A DNA stretch of 64,000 nt from Bacilli bacterium (GCA_017528315.1 JAFXOW010000010.1:67367-131366); one strand, 5' to 3'. Positions 29,413-39,715 are shown, counted from the first letter of the stretch. Made by a program: numbers and translations. The notes: generated from the sequence alone by a model not told the origin.

Positions 29413-29985
29413 TTAATTTTTAAAATCAATATATTTTTGAAAATTTTTGTCAAGTTTTAGCTTGGTTAGAGCAATCTTCCGGGGACTAATTTTATTTTTT
29501 TCAGAAGTAGTCATATCAGATAAATATTTATTATTATATAAGAAGATACTATCAAATCCAAATCCATTATTTATTCTCTCAACTTGAGCAATCGTTCCTT
29601 TTAAAGAATATTCGTAAGTTTCTAAATTTATACCATCAAAAAAAGCAATAGCACATGTAAAATAACAAGTTCTATTTTTTTTATTTTTCATCAATCTTAA
29701 TATCTCTTGATTACGATTACTATCGGTACCATTTAAAAATCGATGAGTTTTAACACCAGGAAAACCATTTAAAGCTTCGATTTCTAAACCACTATCATCA
29801 GCAATACAAGGTATTCCTGTTTGAATATATACTTCTTTGGCTTTCAAAGATGCATTTTCTAAAAAAGTAGTACCATTTTCCTTTATTTCTATTTTTTTGT
29901 CTAAGTCATTTAAAGATTTAATATCAATTCCTAGAATTTCTCTTATTTCTTTAACTTTTTCTAAATTATTACTTGCAAGTATCAT
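29413..29985 (-). CDS. rdgB: non-canonical purine NTP pyrophosphatase (RdgB/HAM1 family)
   Basis: 190 aa. Motifs MILASNNLEKV…ADDSGLEIEALNGFPGV…. Confidence 0.85.
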   Translation of the reverse strand: MILASNNLEKVKEIREILGIDIKSLNDLDKKIEIKENGTTFLENASLKAKEVYIQTGIPCIADDSGLEIEALNGFPGVKTHRFLNGTDSNRNQEILRLMKNKKNRTCYFTCAIAFFDGINLETYEYSLKGTIAQVERINNGFGFDSIFLYNNKYLSDMTTSEKNKISPRKIALTKLKLDKNFQKYIDFKN

Positions 29986-29986
29986 A

Positions 29987-30346
29987 TTATTCTTTTTCTT
30001 CTAATTCTTTAATTAGATCAGAATCTGCACTCTTATAGCAACTATAAAAAGAATCTTTATATGAAGATGTGTCAGTAAATTCATTTATTAAGGAAAGAAA
30101 AAGACCAATAAAAGTAGGAATTAAAAATATAATAACAGCTGCTGTAATTCTGGTACCGGTTTTTTTAATTAATTCACTTTTTTCATCATTCGCACTTATA
30201 ATACCTTTATAAAGATCTAAAGTTATTTTGAATAATAAACCTAAAGGAATCAAAAATCTAATAAGATTTACAAGTACTTTTACATAGTAAACAATTCTAA
30301 CACTTAGTAATGTGTCACAAAAAAGAATTTGCATAAATATCACCAA
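29987..30346 (-). CDS. small membrane protein (hypothetical)
   Basis: 119 aa, 3 TM segments. Translationally coupled upstream of rdgB. Confidence 0.4.
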   Translation of the reverse strand: MVIFMQILFCDTLLSVRIVYYVKVLVNLIRFLIPLGLLFKITLDLYKGIISANDEKSELIKKTGTRITAAVIIFLIPTFIGLFLSLINEFTDTSSYKDSFYSCYKSADSDLIKELEEKE

Positions 30347-30407
30347 TCTAATTGTAACAAATTATTTATTTTTAGTCAATTATATGATATACTAACATGC
30401 AAGGGAA

Positions 30408-31715
30408 GTGAGAAAAATGAAAACAGTTGCCTTAGTAGGAAGACCAAATGTTGGAAAAAGTACACTTTTTAATAAATTATCTCATGCTAAAATTTCTATA
30501 ATAGAAGATACACCAGGAGTTACCAGAGATAGAATATATTCAATTATAAATTATTTAGATTATCGTTTTAATTTGATTGATACAGGTGGAATAGATTTAA
30601 GTGAAGGAAACTTTAATAAATTAATTGAAGTACAAGTAGAAATTGCTATAGATGAAGCAGATGTAATAGTTTTTTTAGTAGATGGAAAAGATTCTATAAA
30701 TCAAAATGATCGATATTTAGCTAATAAACTTCATAAAAGTGGTAAAAGAGTAATTGTTGCAATTAATAAAATAGATAATAAAGAAAGTAATGTTCATAAA
30801 TATGATTATTATGAATTAGGATTTTCTGAATATATTGAAATTAGTTCCGAACATTCTAGTAATATAAGAGAACTTTTGGACATGATTGTTAAAGATTTTC
30901 CTAAATATGAAGAAAAGCTTGATTCAAAAATAAAATTTTCTCTTATAGGAAGACCCAATGTAGGGAAAAGTAGTTTAGTAAATGCTATTATAGGTGAAAA
31001 TAAATTAATAGTTTCCAATATTGCTGGTACTACTAGAGATGCTGTTGATACAACTTTTAGATATAATGAAGAAGAGTATGTAATAATTGATACTGCAGGA
31101 ATTAGAAAACGCGGTAAGATATATGAAAATATAGAAAAATATAGTTTGCTTCGTAGTTTGAAAGCTATTGAACGAAGTGATGTTTGTTTACTAGTAATTG
31201 ACTACTTGGATGGCATAAAAGAACATGATAAACATATAGCGTCCTATGCAATAGATGCTGGTAAAGGAATAGTAATTGTAGTTAATAAATATGATGAGAA
31301 TGATTCGAAGAAAAAAAATGATTATATAAAACTTATTCGAGCAGAGTTTCAATTTCTACCATATGTTAATATTATATTTGTAAGTGCTAAAAATAAAAAG
31401 AATATTCATTTAATTATGCCGGAAGTATTACTTGCTTATGAATCAAGAAATAGACATATTGCAACCAGTGTATTAAATGAAATTATAGAAGAAGCATATA
31501 ATTTAAATTTACCTCCTTCATATAAAGGAAGAAGGCTTAAAATATATTATGTTCAAGAAGAAACTGTTGCTCCACCTAAATTTGTTTTTTATGTTAATTC
31601 TAAAAATTTAATTCATTTTTCATATTATAGATATCTAGAAAATAAATTAAGAGAAAATATAGAATTAACAGGAACACCAATAATATTGAAATTTAAAGAA
31701 AGGACTCGTAAATGA
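30408..31715 (+). CDS. der: ribosome-biogenesis GTPase Der (EngA)
   Basis: 435 aa. Two G-domains (GRPNVGKSTLFN and GRPNVGKSSLVN) plus KH-like C-terminus. Confidence 0.9.
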   Translation: MRKMKTVALVGRPNVGKSTLFNKLSHAKISIIEDTPGVTRDRIYSIINYLDYRFNLIDTGGIDLSEGNFNKLIEVQVEIAIDEADVIVFLVDGKDSINQNDRYLANKLHKSGKRVIVAINKIDNKESNVHKYDYYELGFSEYIEISSEHSSNIRELLDMIVKDFPKYEEKLDSKIKFSLIGRPNVGKSSLVNAIIGENKLIVSNIAGTTRDAVDTTFRYNEEEYVIIDTAGIRKRGKIYENIEKYSLLRSLKAIERSDVCLLVIDYLDGIKEHDKHIASYAIDAGKGIVIVVNKYDENDSKKKNDYIKLIRAEFQFLPYVNIIFVSAKNKKNIHLIMPEVLLAYESRNRHIATSVLNEIIEEAYNLNLPPSYKGRRLKIYYVQEETVAPPKFVFYVNSKNLIHFSYYRYLENKLRENIELTGTPIILKFKERTRK

Positions 31716-31915
31716 TAATAAAAAAAGATTATTTAAATCTAGATAATAATTATCTAGAGCAAGAAAAAGAAGGACTTAATAAGGCAATAGAGAACTTTGA
31801 TAAAAGATTTAAAAATAAGGAAGTTGAAAGAGAAAAATTTTTAAAAGGACTGGATGAATTTGCTAAAAAACAAGTAGATATAAATAAAAGAATAGATAAG
31901 TTTAATAATAGATAA
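31712..31915 (+). CDS. hypothetical small protein
   Basis: 67-aa ORF overlapping der stop. Confidence 0.3.
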   Translation: MIIKKDYLNLDNNYLEQEKEGLNKAIENFDKRFKNKEVEREKFLKGLDEFAKKQVDINKRIDKFNNR

Positions 31916-31935
31916 TAAGATTTCTCATATAATAT

Positions 31936-32184
31936 ATGGGAGGTTTTATGAACGATAATCTATTTAAAAAAGTAGAAAAGAAAACTAATATTAATAAAAA
32001 TACTATTTTAAGTCTGGCTGAAAAATTAAAATCAGGTAATTTTAAAGATGAGAAAGTTCTAAATGAAGTAATATCAGAGTTATCGGTAATGACTGGACGA
32101 GATATAAGTGATGCTAAACGAGAAAAAATAATTAAAGCTATTAAAAATGATAAAGTACCAAAAGATATAGAAAATAAATGGTAA
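31936..32184 (+). CDS. hypothetical small protein
   Basis: 82-aa ORF with RBS gggagg. Confidence 0.3.
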   Translation: MGGFMNDNLFKKVEKKTNINKNTILSLAEKLKSGNFKDEKVLNEVISELSVMTGRDISDAKREKIIKAIKNDKVPKDIENKW

Positions 32185-32203
32185 TAGTTTAGAAGGTGAT
32201 AAA

Positions 32204-33118
32204 GTGAAGTGTGTGATGATTATTAATCCTAAAAGTGGAAGAGGATTTAATAAAAAAAATACTGAAAAAATAGTTAATATTATAAAACAATATAATTATG
32301 AACCAGAAATATTTTTTACTAAATATAGAGGTCATGCAACTGAGATTATTAAAAGTTTGAGTGATGATGTAGATTTAGTTATTTCCAGTGGAGGAGATGG
32401 AACTTTTTCGGAAGTAATGAATGGTAATTTAAAAAGAAATAAGCCTTTAGTACTTTCTCATTTACCAGTTGGAACGATGAATGATATAGGTCATATGTAT
32501 GGACTTGTTAGTAATTTATATACTAATTTGAAATTGATTTTAACTGGAACTGTTAAAAATATAGATGTAGGACTTATTAATAATCGTGCCTTTACTTATG
32601 TAGCATCCTACGGTAAATTTATGGATATACCATATCAAACACCTCAAGAGTTAAAGAAAAGATTAGGTTTTTTAGCATATTTCATAGAAGTATTAAAAAG
32701 AATTTATGAAAGAATACCTAAATATGATGTGGAATTTGAAATAGATGGAGAAAAACATCAAGGAAAATATAGTTTTATTTTAATATCTAATGCTAATCAT
32801 ATAGCTGGTATTAATAATTTTTATAAAGATATGAAGTTAGATGATAATATGATGGAAGTTATGTTTTGTAGTTTATATAAAAAACGTGATATTTTAAAAG
32901 CTTTTTATAATTTAAAAACAAATAATCTAACTGGTGTTTCAGGTATTGAATGTTATAAAGGTAGTGAATTAGAAATAAAATTATTTGGTAAAAAGAAATC
33001 TTGGTGTGTTGATGGAGAAGAATATAAAAGTAAAAATAATAGTTATAAAATTAGTTTAATAAATAATGTTAAACTTCAAATTCCAAGTAAAAATATTAAA
33101 AAATTATTTTTGAAGTAG
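32204..33118 (+). CDS. dagK: DagK/YegS-family lipid kinase
   Basis: 304 aa. DAGK catalytic-domain motif SSGGDGT. Confidence 0.8.
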   Translation: MKCVMIINPKSGRGFNKKNTEKIVNIIKQYNYEPEIFFTKYRGHATEIIKSLSDDVDLVISSGGDGTFSEVMNGNLKRNKPLVLSHLPVGTMNDIGHMYGLVSNLYTNLKLILTGTVKNIDVGLINNRAFTYVASYGKFMDIPYQTPQELKKRLGFLAYFIEVLKRIYERIPKYDVEFEIDGEKHQGKYSFILISNANHIAGINNFYKDMKLDDNMMEVMFCSLYKKRDILKAFYNLKTNNLTGVSGIECYKGSELEIKLFGKKKSWCVDGEEYKSKNNSYKISLINNVKLQIPSKNIKKLFLK

Positions 33119-33163
33119 ACTTAATAGAAAAGATATTAAGTCTTTTTATAATATAAAAAAGAG

Positions 33164-34132
33164 TTATTCACTCTTTAATAAATTTTTCATAGTATTTTCA
33201 TAATAAACTTTTAAATCTTCATCTTTAATTTCAAAACCATATTTTTCACGAATATAAGTTAATCCTTTATATTGAAGTTTAGAATCGGCTGTAAGTTTTT
33301 CATTAGTCATTTTTTCAATTATTTTGGTTTTAACACTTTCAAGACTTGGTTTTTCTGAAACAGCTTCTTTTAGAAATATTTCATATCCATATTCTGTTTC
33401 AACTGCCTCTTCCGAATATTTACCAACTTCAAGTTTAGTAAATTCTTGACGAGTAACATCATCAAGTTCTAAAGTATTAAAGGTTCCCATTGAACCACCT
33501 TGATCTTTAGTTGCATCATCGGTTGAATATTCTTTAGCAACTTCTTTAAAATCCGTTCCATTTTGAATTTTTTCAATGGCTTCTTTAGCTTTAGCAAGAG
33601 CTTCTTCTTTAGCAGTTCTTTTTTCTTCTTCAGTAGCATTACTATTATTTTCAACTTCAATTAGAATATGACTTCCTGTAACATCTCCAGTAATTTTTTC
33701 ATCATAATATTTTTTTATATCATCATCGCTTATTAAAGTTTTAATATAATCTTTAACAGCTAGATTTCTTTTATAGTTAAGTTTAAAATATTCTTTTAAA
33801 TCATTAACATTTTCATATCCATATTGATTAATATATTCTAAGAATTCTGTTTCAGTTGAATAGTAATTTCTGATAGATTCAACTTGATTATCAACATAAC
33901 TATTTATTTCATCGCTATCTGGATATTCTTTATCAAATATTTTAGTATCCATCATATCAATTAAAATACTTGTTCCATATTTCGCTTTTAATTTATCATA
34001 TAAATCATTAGCTGTAATTGTTAAATCTTTATCCTTAAAAGTAACTAAATCTCCTCCTATTGTAATATTTTTTTTACAACCAGTTGTAAGTAATAATACC
34101 ATAATTAAAATGGCTAATATTTTTTTCTTCAT
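33164..34132 (-). CDS. prsA: foldase lipoprotein PrsA (parvulin-type PPIase)
   Basis: 322 aa. Lipobox LLTTGC. Parvulin domain (…VTGSHILIEV…). Confidence 0.8.
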   Translation of the reverse strand: MKKKILAILIMVLLLTTGCKKNITIGGDLVTFKDKDLTITANDLYDKLKAKYGTSILIDMMDTKIFDKEYPDSDEINSYVDNQVESIRNYYSTETEFLEYINQYGYENVNDLKEYFKLNYKRNLAVKDYIKTLISDDDIKKYYDEKITGDVTGSHILIEVENNSNATEEEKRTAKEEALAKAKEAIEKIQNGTDFKEVAKEYSTDDATKDQGGSMGTFNTLELDDVTRQEFTKLEVGKYSEEAVETEYGYEIFLKEAVSEKPSLESVKTKIIEKMTNEKLTADSKLQYKGLTYIREKYGFEIKDEDLKVYYENTMKNLLKSE

Positions 34133-34278
34133 AGTTCTCCTCCTTTAAATAACATTAATATCATATCAAATTACTTTAAAAAAAACAATTGTATTTTACA
34201 TTTTTCTTAATCTTAGCCCTCACATAATAGAATTTTTACCATAAAATAATGTGAATATATTAAAAAGGAGGAATATTT

Positions 34279-34359
34279 ATGTGTAATAATACATCATCTT
34301 ATGCAATTGTTTTAGTATTATTTATTCTACTTGTTATCATCTTAGGAAATTATATATAA
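34279..34359 (+). CDS. tiny TM protein, YjcZ-like family (26 aa)
   Basis: Strong RBS aaaaggagg. MCNNTSSYAIVLVLFILLVIILGNYI matches the YjcZ/tiny-TM signature F/A-L-I-V-V-L-F-I-L-L-I-I. Confidence 0.5.
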   Translation: MCNNTSSYAIVLVLFILLVIILGNYI

Positions 34360-34370
34360 AGGAGGTTAAG

Positions 34371-34505
34371 ATGAATCAGAATAATGAAAATGTTTCTTAC
34401 TGTCATACAGGAGGAAATGATAATAATGGATTTTTAATTATAGTTGTATTATATATTTTACTTGCAATTATACTTGGAAGTAGATATAGAAACTATTACT
34501 ACTAG
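34371..34505 (+). CDS. tiny TM protein, YjcZ-like family (44 aa)
   Basis: RBS aaggagg. …GGNDNNGFLIIVVLYILLAIILGSRY…. Tandem paralogue of the preceding ORF. Confidence 0.5.
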   Translation: MNQNNENVSYCHTGGNDNNGFLIIVVLYILLAIILGSRYRNYYY

Positions 34506-34635
34506 AGAGTTTATCTCTCTTTTTTTATTACGTAATGAGTGAGTATAATTTTTGGAGTAAAAACTTTAAAATATTATTATCATCAATTTTAGTAATAGCA
34601 AAACACTTATTACCTAAATCTTTAAAACTAAATCA

Positions 34636-34821
34636 TTAATATATTTTTGTTCTATTAAAATATGTTCTAAGTTTAACAAACGCATTAATTACTTTAACAT
34701 TCGCTTCTGCGGCAATATTACTTTTCAAAAGCCCTGATAACATTATTATTCCATTCTTAAACTTGAGGCAACATTTTGTGACCTTAAGTTTGCAAACTCT
34801 TGATATGCAAGTTGAAAACAA
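34636..34821 (-). pseudogene. truncated duplicate of ORF6N-domain core
   Basis: 61-aa ORF …IIMLSGLLKSNIAAEANVKVINAFVKLR… mirrors the core of the adjacent full-length ORF6N protein (…IAMISSVLHSEIAIQMSIKIINTFVAMR…). Confidence 0.5.
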
Positions 34822-34859
34822 AAATTACTAGGAAATCGATTTATTTTTCTTTTTACTAC

Positions 34860-35729
34860 TTAATGAATAATTTTTTTAATATTTTTTAATAATATATTTT
34901 TTATAGCATCATCTTCTAGTTTAACTATAGTAGAAGTTTTATTACCTAAGTTATTAATAGAAGAACCTAATAGATATAAATATTTTCTATCAATAATAAA
35001 ATATCTATCATGGAAAGAATTATCTCTTATAACTTCTAAATTATGATATTGACTATTATATTTATTAATTTCTATATTACTTAATCTATTACTATCTTTA
35101 GTAATTAAAATAATATTTACTTTTATATTTCTAATTAAATCAAGGAATAAGGGATCAGCATAAGGATCAATAATAATTATTTCATTTGATGCATCTTTTA
35201 GAATGTGTAATACATTGGAATATGAATCATATGCTTGACCAGGTAGAATAAGTTGTTCTTTTTTATCAAACTTGGAAAAGATAAATTCAAATTTATCATC
35301 ATGTTCTAATAATTTGTTATTAATATTATTAATTGATTTATATATATCTTTATTGTCAATTAAATAATGTCTCATAGCTACAAAGGTATTTATTATTTTA
35401 ATGCTCATTTGTATTGCTATTTCACTGTGTAAGACACTTGAAATCATTGCAATTCCTTGCTCACTATAAACAAATGGTAAATTTGTTCTTCCTCCTTTAC
35501 TTTTTGCTATTCCAATTTGGAATAGCAAAGAATTGTATTCATTATTATTTAATTTAAAACAAAATTCAATTGGAAATCTTTCAATGTTTCGTTTCATTGC
35601 TTTGTTTAAATTTCCAGTTTCAATTTTAAACAATTTTGCTAAATCAGAATCCAGCATAACTTGAACTCCACGTATTTCATAAATCATATTTTCAATTTTT
35701 ACATTTTCTTTTTCAATAGCTTCATTCAT
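34860..35729 (-). CDS. ORF6N-domain (KilA-N-related) protein fused to a PLD-like (HxR/K…D…GSxN) C-terminal domain
   Basis: N-terminal ORF6N signature (IYEIRGVQVMLDSDLAKLF…LPFVYSEQGIAMISSVL). C-terminal FHDRYFIIDRKYLYLLGSSINN resembles the PLD-family HxKxxxxD(x6)GSxN motif with R in place of K. Confidence 0.55.
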   Translation of the reverse strand: MNEAIEKENVKIENMIYEIRGVQVMLDSDLAKLFKIETGNLNKAMKRNIERFPIEFCFKLNNNEYNSLLFQIGIAKSKGGRTNLPFVYSEQGIAMISSVLHSEIAIQMSIKIINTFVAMRHYLIDNKDIYKSINNINNKLLEHDDKFEFIFSKFDKKEQLILPGQAYDSYSNVLHILKDASNEIIIIDPYADPLFLDLIRNIKVNIILITKDSNRLSNIEINKYNSQYHNLEVIRDNSFHDRYFIIDRKYLYLLGSSINNLGNKTSTIVKLEDDAIKNILLKNIKKIIH

Positions 35730-35906
35730 TTTAATACCTCCAATAAATAAAAAATAGTAAATACATAAGTTAACTATATTATTAACTTATTATATTTACC
35801 ACCAACATAAATAATTATAACATGTTTGCATAAAATATACAATTATTTCAAATGCTTTTTGACTTTATATTTAAAATATGATAATATCTACCACGGGTGT
35901 AGTTAT

Positions 35907-36734
35907 ATGATAGATATAATTTTAGATACTTTAATTGATTTATTAAAAATAATACCATTTCTATTTGCAGCTTTTTTAATAATGGAATATTTTGAACATA
36001 ATTTAAAAAGCAAGAAATTAATTTCAAATAAAAAATATGGTCCTTTACTTGGAAGTATATTAGGAGCAGTTCCTCAATGTGGATTTTCGGTAATGGCTAC
36101 TAATTTATATGGAGCAAGAGTAATTACAATAGGAACACTTATGGCTGTATATTTATCAACAAGTGATGAAATGTTGCCACTTTTAATAAGTAATCATGCA
36201 AGTATTAAATTAGTTATAACTATTATTTTAATTAAAATAATAATAGGTATAATATTTGGTTATTTATTAGATTTATTTTATAAAAAAGAAAATAAAAATA
36301 ATTATGAAATATGTAAACATGATCATTGTCACTGTGATGATAATATATTTAAATCAAGTATAATTCATACATTAAAAATAAGTTTATATATTTTAATAAC
36401 AACCTTTATATTAAATACATTAATATATTATTTAGGAGAAGAAAATATTAGTAATATTCTTCTTAAAAATAATTTTTTTGGTCCATTTTTATCTAGTCTA
36501 GTTGGATTAATACCTAATTGTAGTGCTAGTGTTATTTTAACAGAATTATATATAAATAATATTATTACAACTGGAATGTTAATAGGAGGATTATTAACAG
36601 GAAGTGGAATAGGAATACTTGTCTTATTTAAAGTTAATAAAAATAAAAAAGAAAATTTTATGATATTATTATTTTTATATATAATAGGGGTTATAATAGG
36701 AATATTAATAGATTTATTTAAAATTATTTTGTAA
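35907..36734 (+). CDS. polytopic membrane protein with two-fold repeat (PQCGFS / PNCSAS) and His/Cys-rich loop, putative metal(loid) permease
   Basis: Internal repeat around GAVPQCGFSVMATNLYG and GLIPNCSASVILTELY. Loop CKHDHCHCDD. ORF open from 35826, but ATG at 35907 precedes the first TM. Confidence 0.4.
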   Translation: MIDIILDTLIDLLKIIPFLFAAFLIMEYFEHNLKSKKLISNKKYGPLLGSILGAVPQCGFSVMATNLYGARVITIGTLMAVYLSTSDEMLPLLISNHASIKLVITIILIKIIIGIIFGYLLDLFYKKENKNNYEICKHDHCHCDDNIFKSSIIHTLKISLYILITTFILNTLIYYLGEENISNILLKNNFFGPFLSSLVGLIPNCSASVILTELYINNIITTGMLIGGLLTGSGIGILVLFKVNKNKKENFMILLFLYIIGVIIGILIDLFKIIL

Positions 36735-36801
36735 AGTTTAAAATAGTTCTTGAAAAAGAATTATTTTTTTGATATTATTATTATAGTTAGGATATGGTTA
36801 T

Positions 36802-39702
36802 ATGGATAATATTATAGATAATAAAAAAAGAAGATTTTTTTTGATAATTGGTATTTTATTTTTAATAATTGTTCTTATAGGTTCAGCTTATGCTTTTTTT
36901 AGTTATTCGAGAAATAGTCAAGCTTTTACTTTAACAAGTAATGGAATTACAGCAAGATTTACTAATGGTAGTAATCATATAAATATGCCAAATGCTTTTC
37001 CTGTGAGTGATGAATATGCTATTAGTAATTTAAGTGATTTAAGTTATACTGATTTTACCGTAACAGGTAATGCAGAAAATGAAGATGAAGCGATTACATA
37101 TGAAATATATTTAACAGAAAAAGATGGTAATACTTTAAGTAGTAATTACGTAAAGATATATTTAACAGATAGTAATGGTAATGTTATAGTAGAACCAACT
37201 ATCTATTCAAGTTTAGAAAATACAACTTATCAAAATGATGCAGCAACAGGAAAATTAGTATTAAAGAATACTTTAGATGGAAATTTTACAAAATCATATC
37301 GATTATATGCTTGGATAGATAGTAGTTTTAGTCAGAATGAATCTTTAACCTTTGATTTTTATGTCAATGTATATGCTTATAATGCTTTAGAAAGTGAAGT
37401 AGTTGGTGAATCAAATATTACATTTAATAAGCAAAGCGGAAGTGGAGGGACTAATAGTGTTGAAGCATCTTATAATGATGCTATGCCAACAATAACTTTA
37501 CCAACTAAAAGTGGATATACTTTTGCAGGATACTTTACAGGCGAAAACGGAACTGGTGATCAATATTATAATGCTGATGGTTCAGGAGTTACTGGATGGG
37601 ATAAAACAACTGATACTACTCTTTATGCTAATTGGACAACAGATGAGTATTTAATTGTTTATTATTTAGATGGAGGAACAGTTTCAAGTGCTAATCCGAC
37701 AACTTATAGTATAAATAGTAGTGCTATAACTTTAAATAATCCAACCAAGGTGGGATATATTTTTACTGGATGGAGTGGAACTGACTTAACAGGAAGTGAA
37801 AATACAACTGTAACTATTCCAGCAGGTTCAACAGGAAATAGATATTATACAGCAAATTTTGTACCAATTGGAATGACAGCTTCTGATTTAAAAGATACTT
37901 ATGTAGCTAATTCTTCAAGTGGACTAGTAGCTATAAATAATGATGGAGGATTATATACAGGAACTGGAACAATTAGAGAATATAGATATTCAGGAGTAGA
38001 TAATAGATGGGGAGGAGATGTCAATAACTATATTTGGTTTAATAATGAAATGTGGAGAATTGTTGGAATCTTTAAAGGAGATACCGATGATGGAGCAGAT
38101 GCGTGGAACATAAAAATTATGAGAGATTATTCAATTGGTTCATATAATGGAATAGAAGATGCAATTCAAGTGCCAAGCAGTTATGCAAGTACCGGAGCGG
38201 GAACTAAATCACTAGCATCTGGAGAAATATATTCTGTAACAGCTTCCGGTTCTCGTCCAGCGTTCACTGTTCAAAGAGTACGTTGGAACTCTGGAGGAAC
38301 CAATTCAACTAAAGTATACCCAAGTACATCTGGAATTTTATTATGGTTAAATGAAGCAAGTAATAGTAATTCTTGGTACTATAAGAATTATGATTCATCT
38401 ACGGGAATCAACAAAGAGTATGAAGAATTTATAGCAACAACCACATTTTATACAAGAGCTGGAAATAAAGAGTCAACTGTTGCTGATGAATATAATTTAG
38501 AAAGAATAACAGGAACCATATATAATAGTGAACCGACTTATACTGGAAAAATAGGAATGTTATATCCTAGCGATTATGCTTACGCATCATCTTCAACCAT
38601 TTGGAATGGTACTTCAACAACAATGAATAATTATGATAGTATCGGAGGCTTATCAAGTAATAAACTAAACAACTGGATTTTAAAACCTCATGGTTCAAGT
38701 GAATATTATTGGTTTATTTCTCCTTCATCAGCAAGTGATACTACAGTCCTATGTTGGGAAGGCACTGGTATTGTTGCGAGCTGTGATGCTAGGAATGGAA
38801 TTAATGCTGTACTCAATCTTAAGTCCTCAACATCTATTGTTGCTGGAACAGGAGAATTTTATAACCCTTATATGCTTGAAGAAAATAAATATGTTATTGT
38901 CTACGACTTAAATGGAGGAAGTGTAGCAAGTGCTAATCCAACATATTATACTTCAGAAAGTGGAAGTATAACCTTAAATAATCCAACAAAAGAAGGATAT
39001 ACATTTGTTGGATGGACGGGTTCTAATGGAAATGTTCCTCAAACTACTGTAACTATTCCAAGTGGATCAATTGAAGGTAAACATTATATAGCAAATTGGA
39101 CAGCGAATACTTATACAATAAGTTATACATTAAATGGAGGAAGTGTAGCAAGTGCTAATCCAACTAGTTATACAATAGAGACATCAACATTTAGTCTAAA
39201 TAATCCAATGAAAACTGGTTATAACTTTACAGGATGGAGTGGAACAGATATAAATGGAACTAGTAATAGTGTAAGTATAGCAAAAGGATCAACTGGTAAT
39301 AGAACTTATATGGCTAACTTTACAGTAGATGCTATTGGTAATGTATCATTTACATCGTCAGCTAATCCAATTTATAAAGGTGGATCAACTGCTACAACGA
39401 CTTTAACATATAGTGGAACTGCTAATACAATTGCTTATTCATCAAATAATTCAAGTGTTGCAATTGTAAGTAAAGTTAATAATTCAACAGCTACAATTAC
39501 TGCTGTAAATCCTGGTAGTGCAACAATAACCGTAACGATTACTGATTATGATGGAAATGAAACAACGGAAACAATAAATATAAATGTAATGGTAGACGCT
39601 GAAAATGTAAGTTATACACCTCCTGCTGGAATAACTTGTAATGGCAATACTTGTGATACTGTTCAGCTTATGATTGAAAAATTAGATGAAATGTATGATT
39701 AA
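36802..39702 (+). CDS. large cell-surface protein with Listeria-Bacteroides-type (Flg_new) repeats
   Basis: 966 aa. N-terminal TM/signal. At least four repeats of the …GY(T/I/N)F(T/V)GW(S/T)G…TV(T/S)IP.GS… motif. Precedes the DGR cassette. Confidence 0.6.
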   Translation: MDNIIDNKKRRFFLIIGILFLIIVLIGSAYAFFSYSRNSQAFTLTSNGITARFTNGSNHINMPNAFPVSDEYAISNLSDLSYTDFTVTGNAENEDEAITYEIYLTEKDGNTLSSNYVKIYLTDSNGNVIVEPTIYSSLENTTYQNDAATGKLVLKNTLDGNFTKSYRLYAWIDSSFSQNESLTFDFYVNVYAYNALESEVVGESNITFNKQSGSGGTNSVEASYNDAMPTITLPTKSGYTFAGYFTGENGTGDQYYNADGSGVTGWDKTTDTTLYANWTTDEYLIVYYLDGGTVSSANPTTYSINSSAITLNNPTKVGYIFTGWSGTDLTGSENTTVTIPAGSTGNRYYTANFVPIGMTASDLKDTYVANSSSGLVAINNDGGLYTGTGTIREYRYSGVDNRWGGDVNNYIWFNNEMWRIVGIFKGDTDDGADAWNIKIMRDYSIGSYNGIEDAIQVPSSYASTGAGTKSLASGEIYSVTASGSRPAFTVQRVRWNSGGTNSTKVYPSTSGILLWLNEASNSNSWYYKNYDSSTGINKEYEEFIATTTFYTRAGNKESTVADEYNLERITGTIYNSEPTYTGKIGMLYPSDYAYASSSTIWNGTSTTMNNYDSIGGLSSNKLNNWILKPHGSSEYYWFISPSSASDTTVLCWEGTGIVASCDARNGINAVLNLKSSTSIVAGTGEFYNPYMLEENKYVIVYDLNGGSVASANPTYYTSESGSITLNNPTKEGYTFVGWTGSNGNVPQTTVTIPSGSIEGKHYIANWTANTYTISYTLNGGSVASANPTSYTIETSTFSLNNPMKTGYNFTGWSGTDINGTSNSVSIAKGSTGNRTYMANFTVDAIGNVSFTSSANPIYKGGSTATTTLTYSGTANTIAYSSNNSSVAIVSKVNNSTATITAVNPGSATITVTITDYDGNETTETININVMVDAENVSYTPPAGITCNGNTCDTVQLMIEKLDEMYD

Positions 39703-39715
39703 AATATAAAAAGGA

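Noticed and set aside
29461-29485. tRNA-like fragment TTAGCTTGGTTAGAGCAATC resembling a tRNA D-arm, near the tRNA-Met/Leu pair (possible integration att remnant)
   Set aside because: It lies inside the rdgB coding sequence (encodes …ALTKLKL…). It corresponds to a 5' D-arm rather than the 3' end usually duplicated by integrases. There is no integrase nearby. Probably a coincidence.
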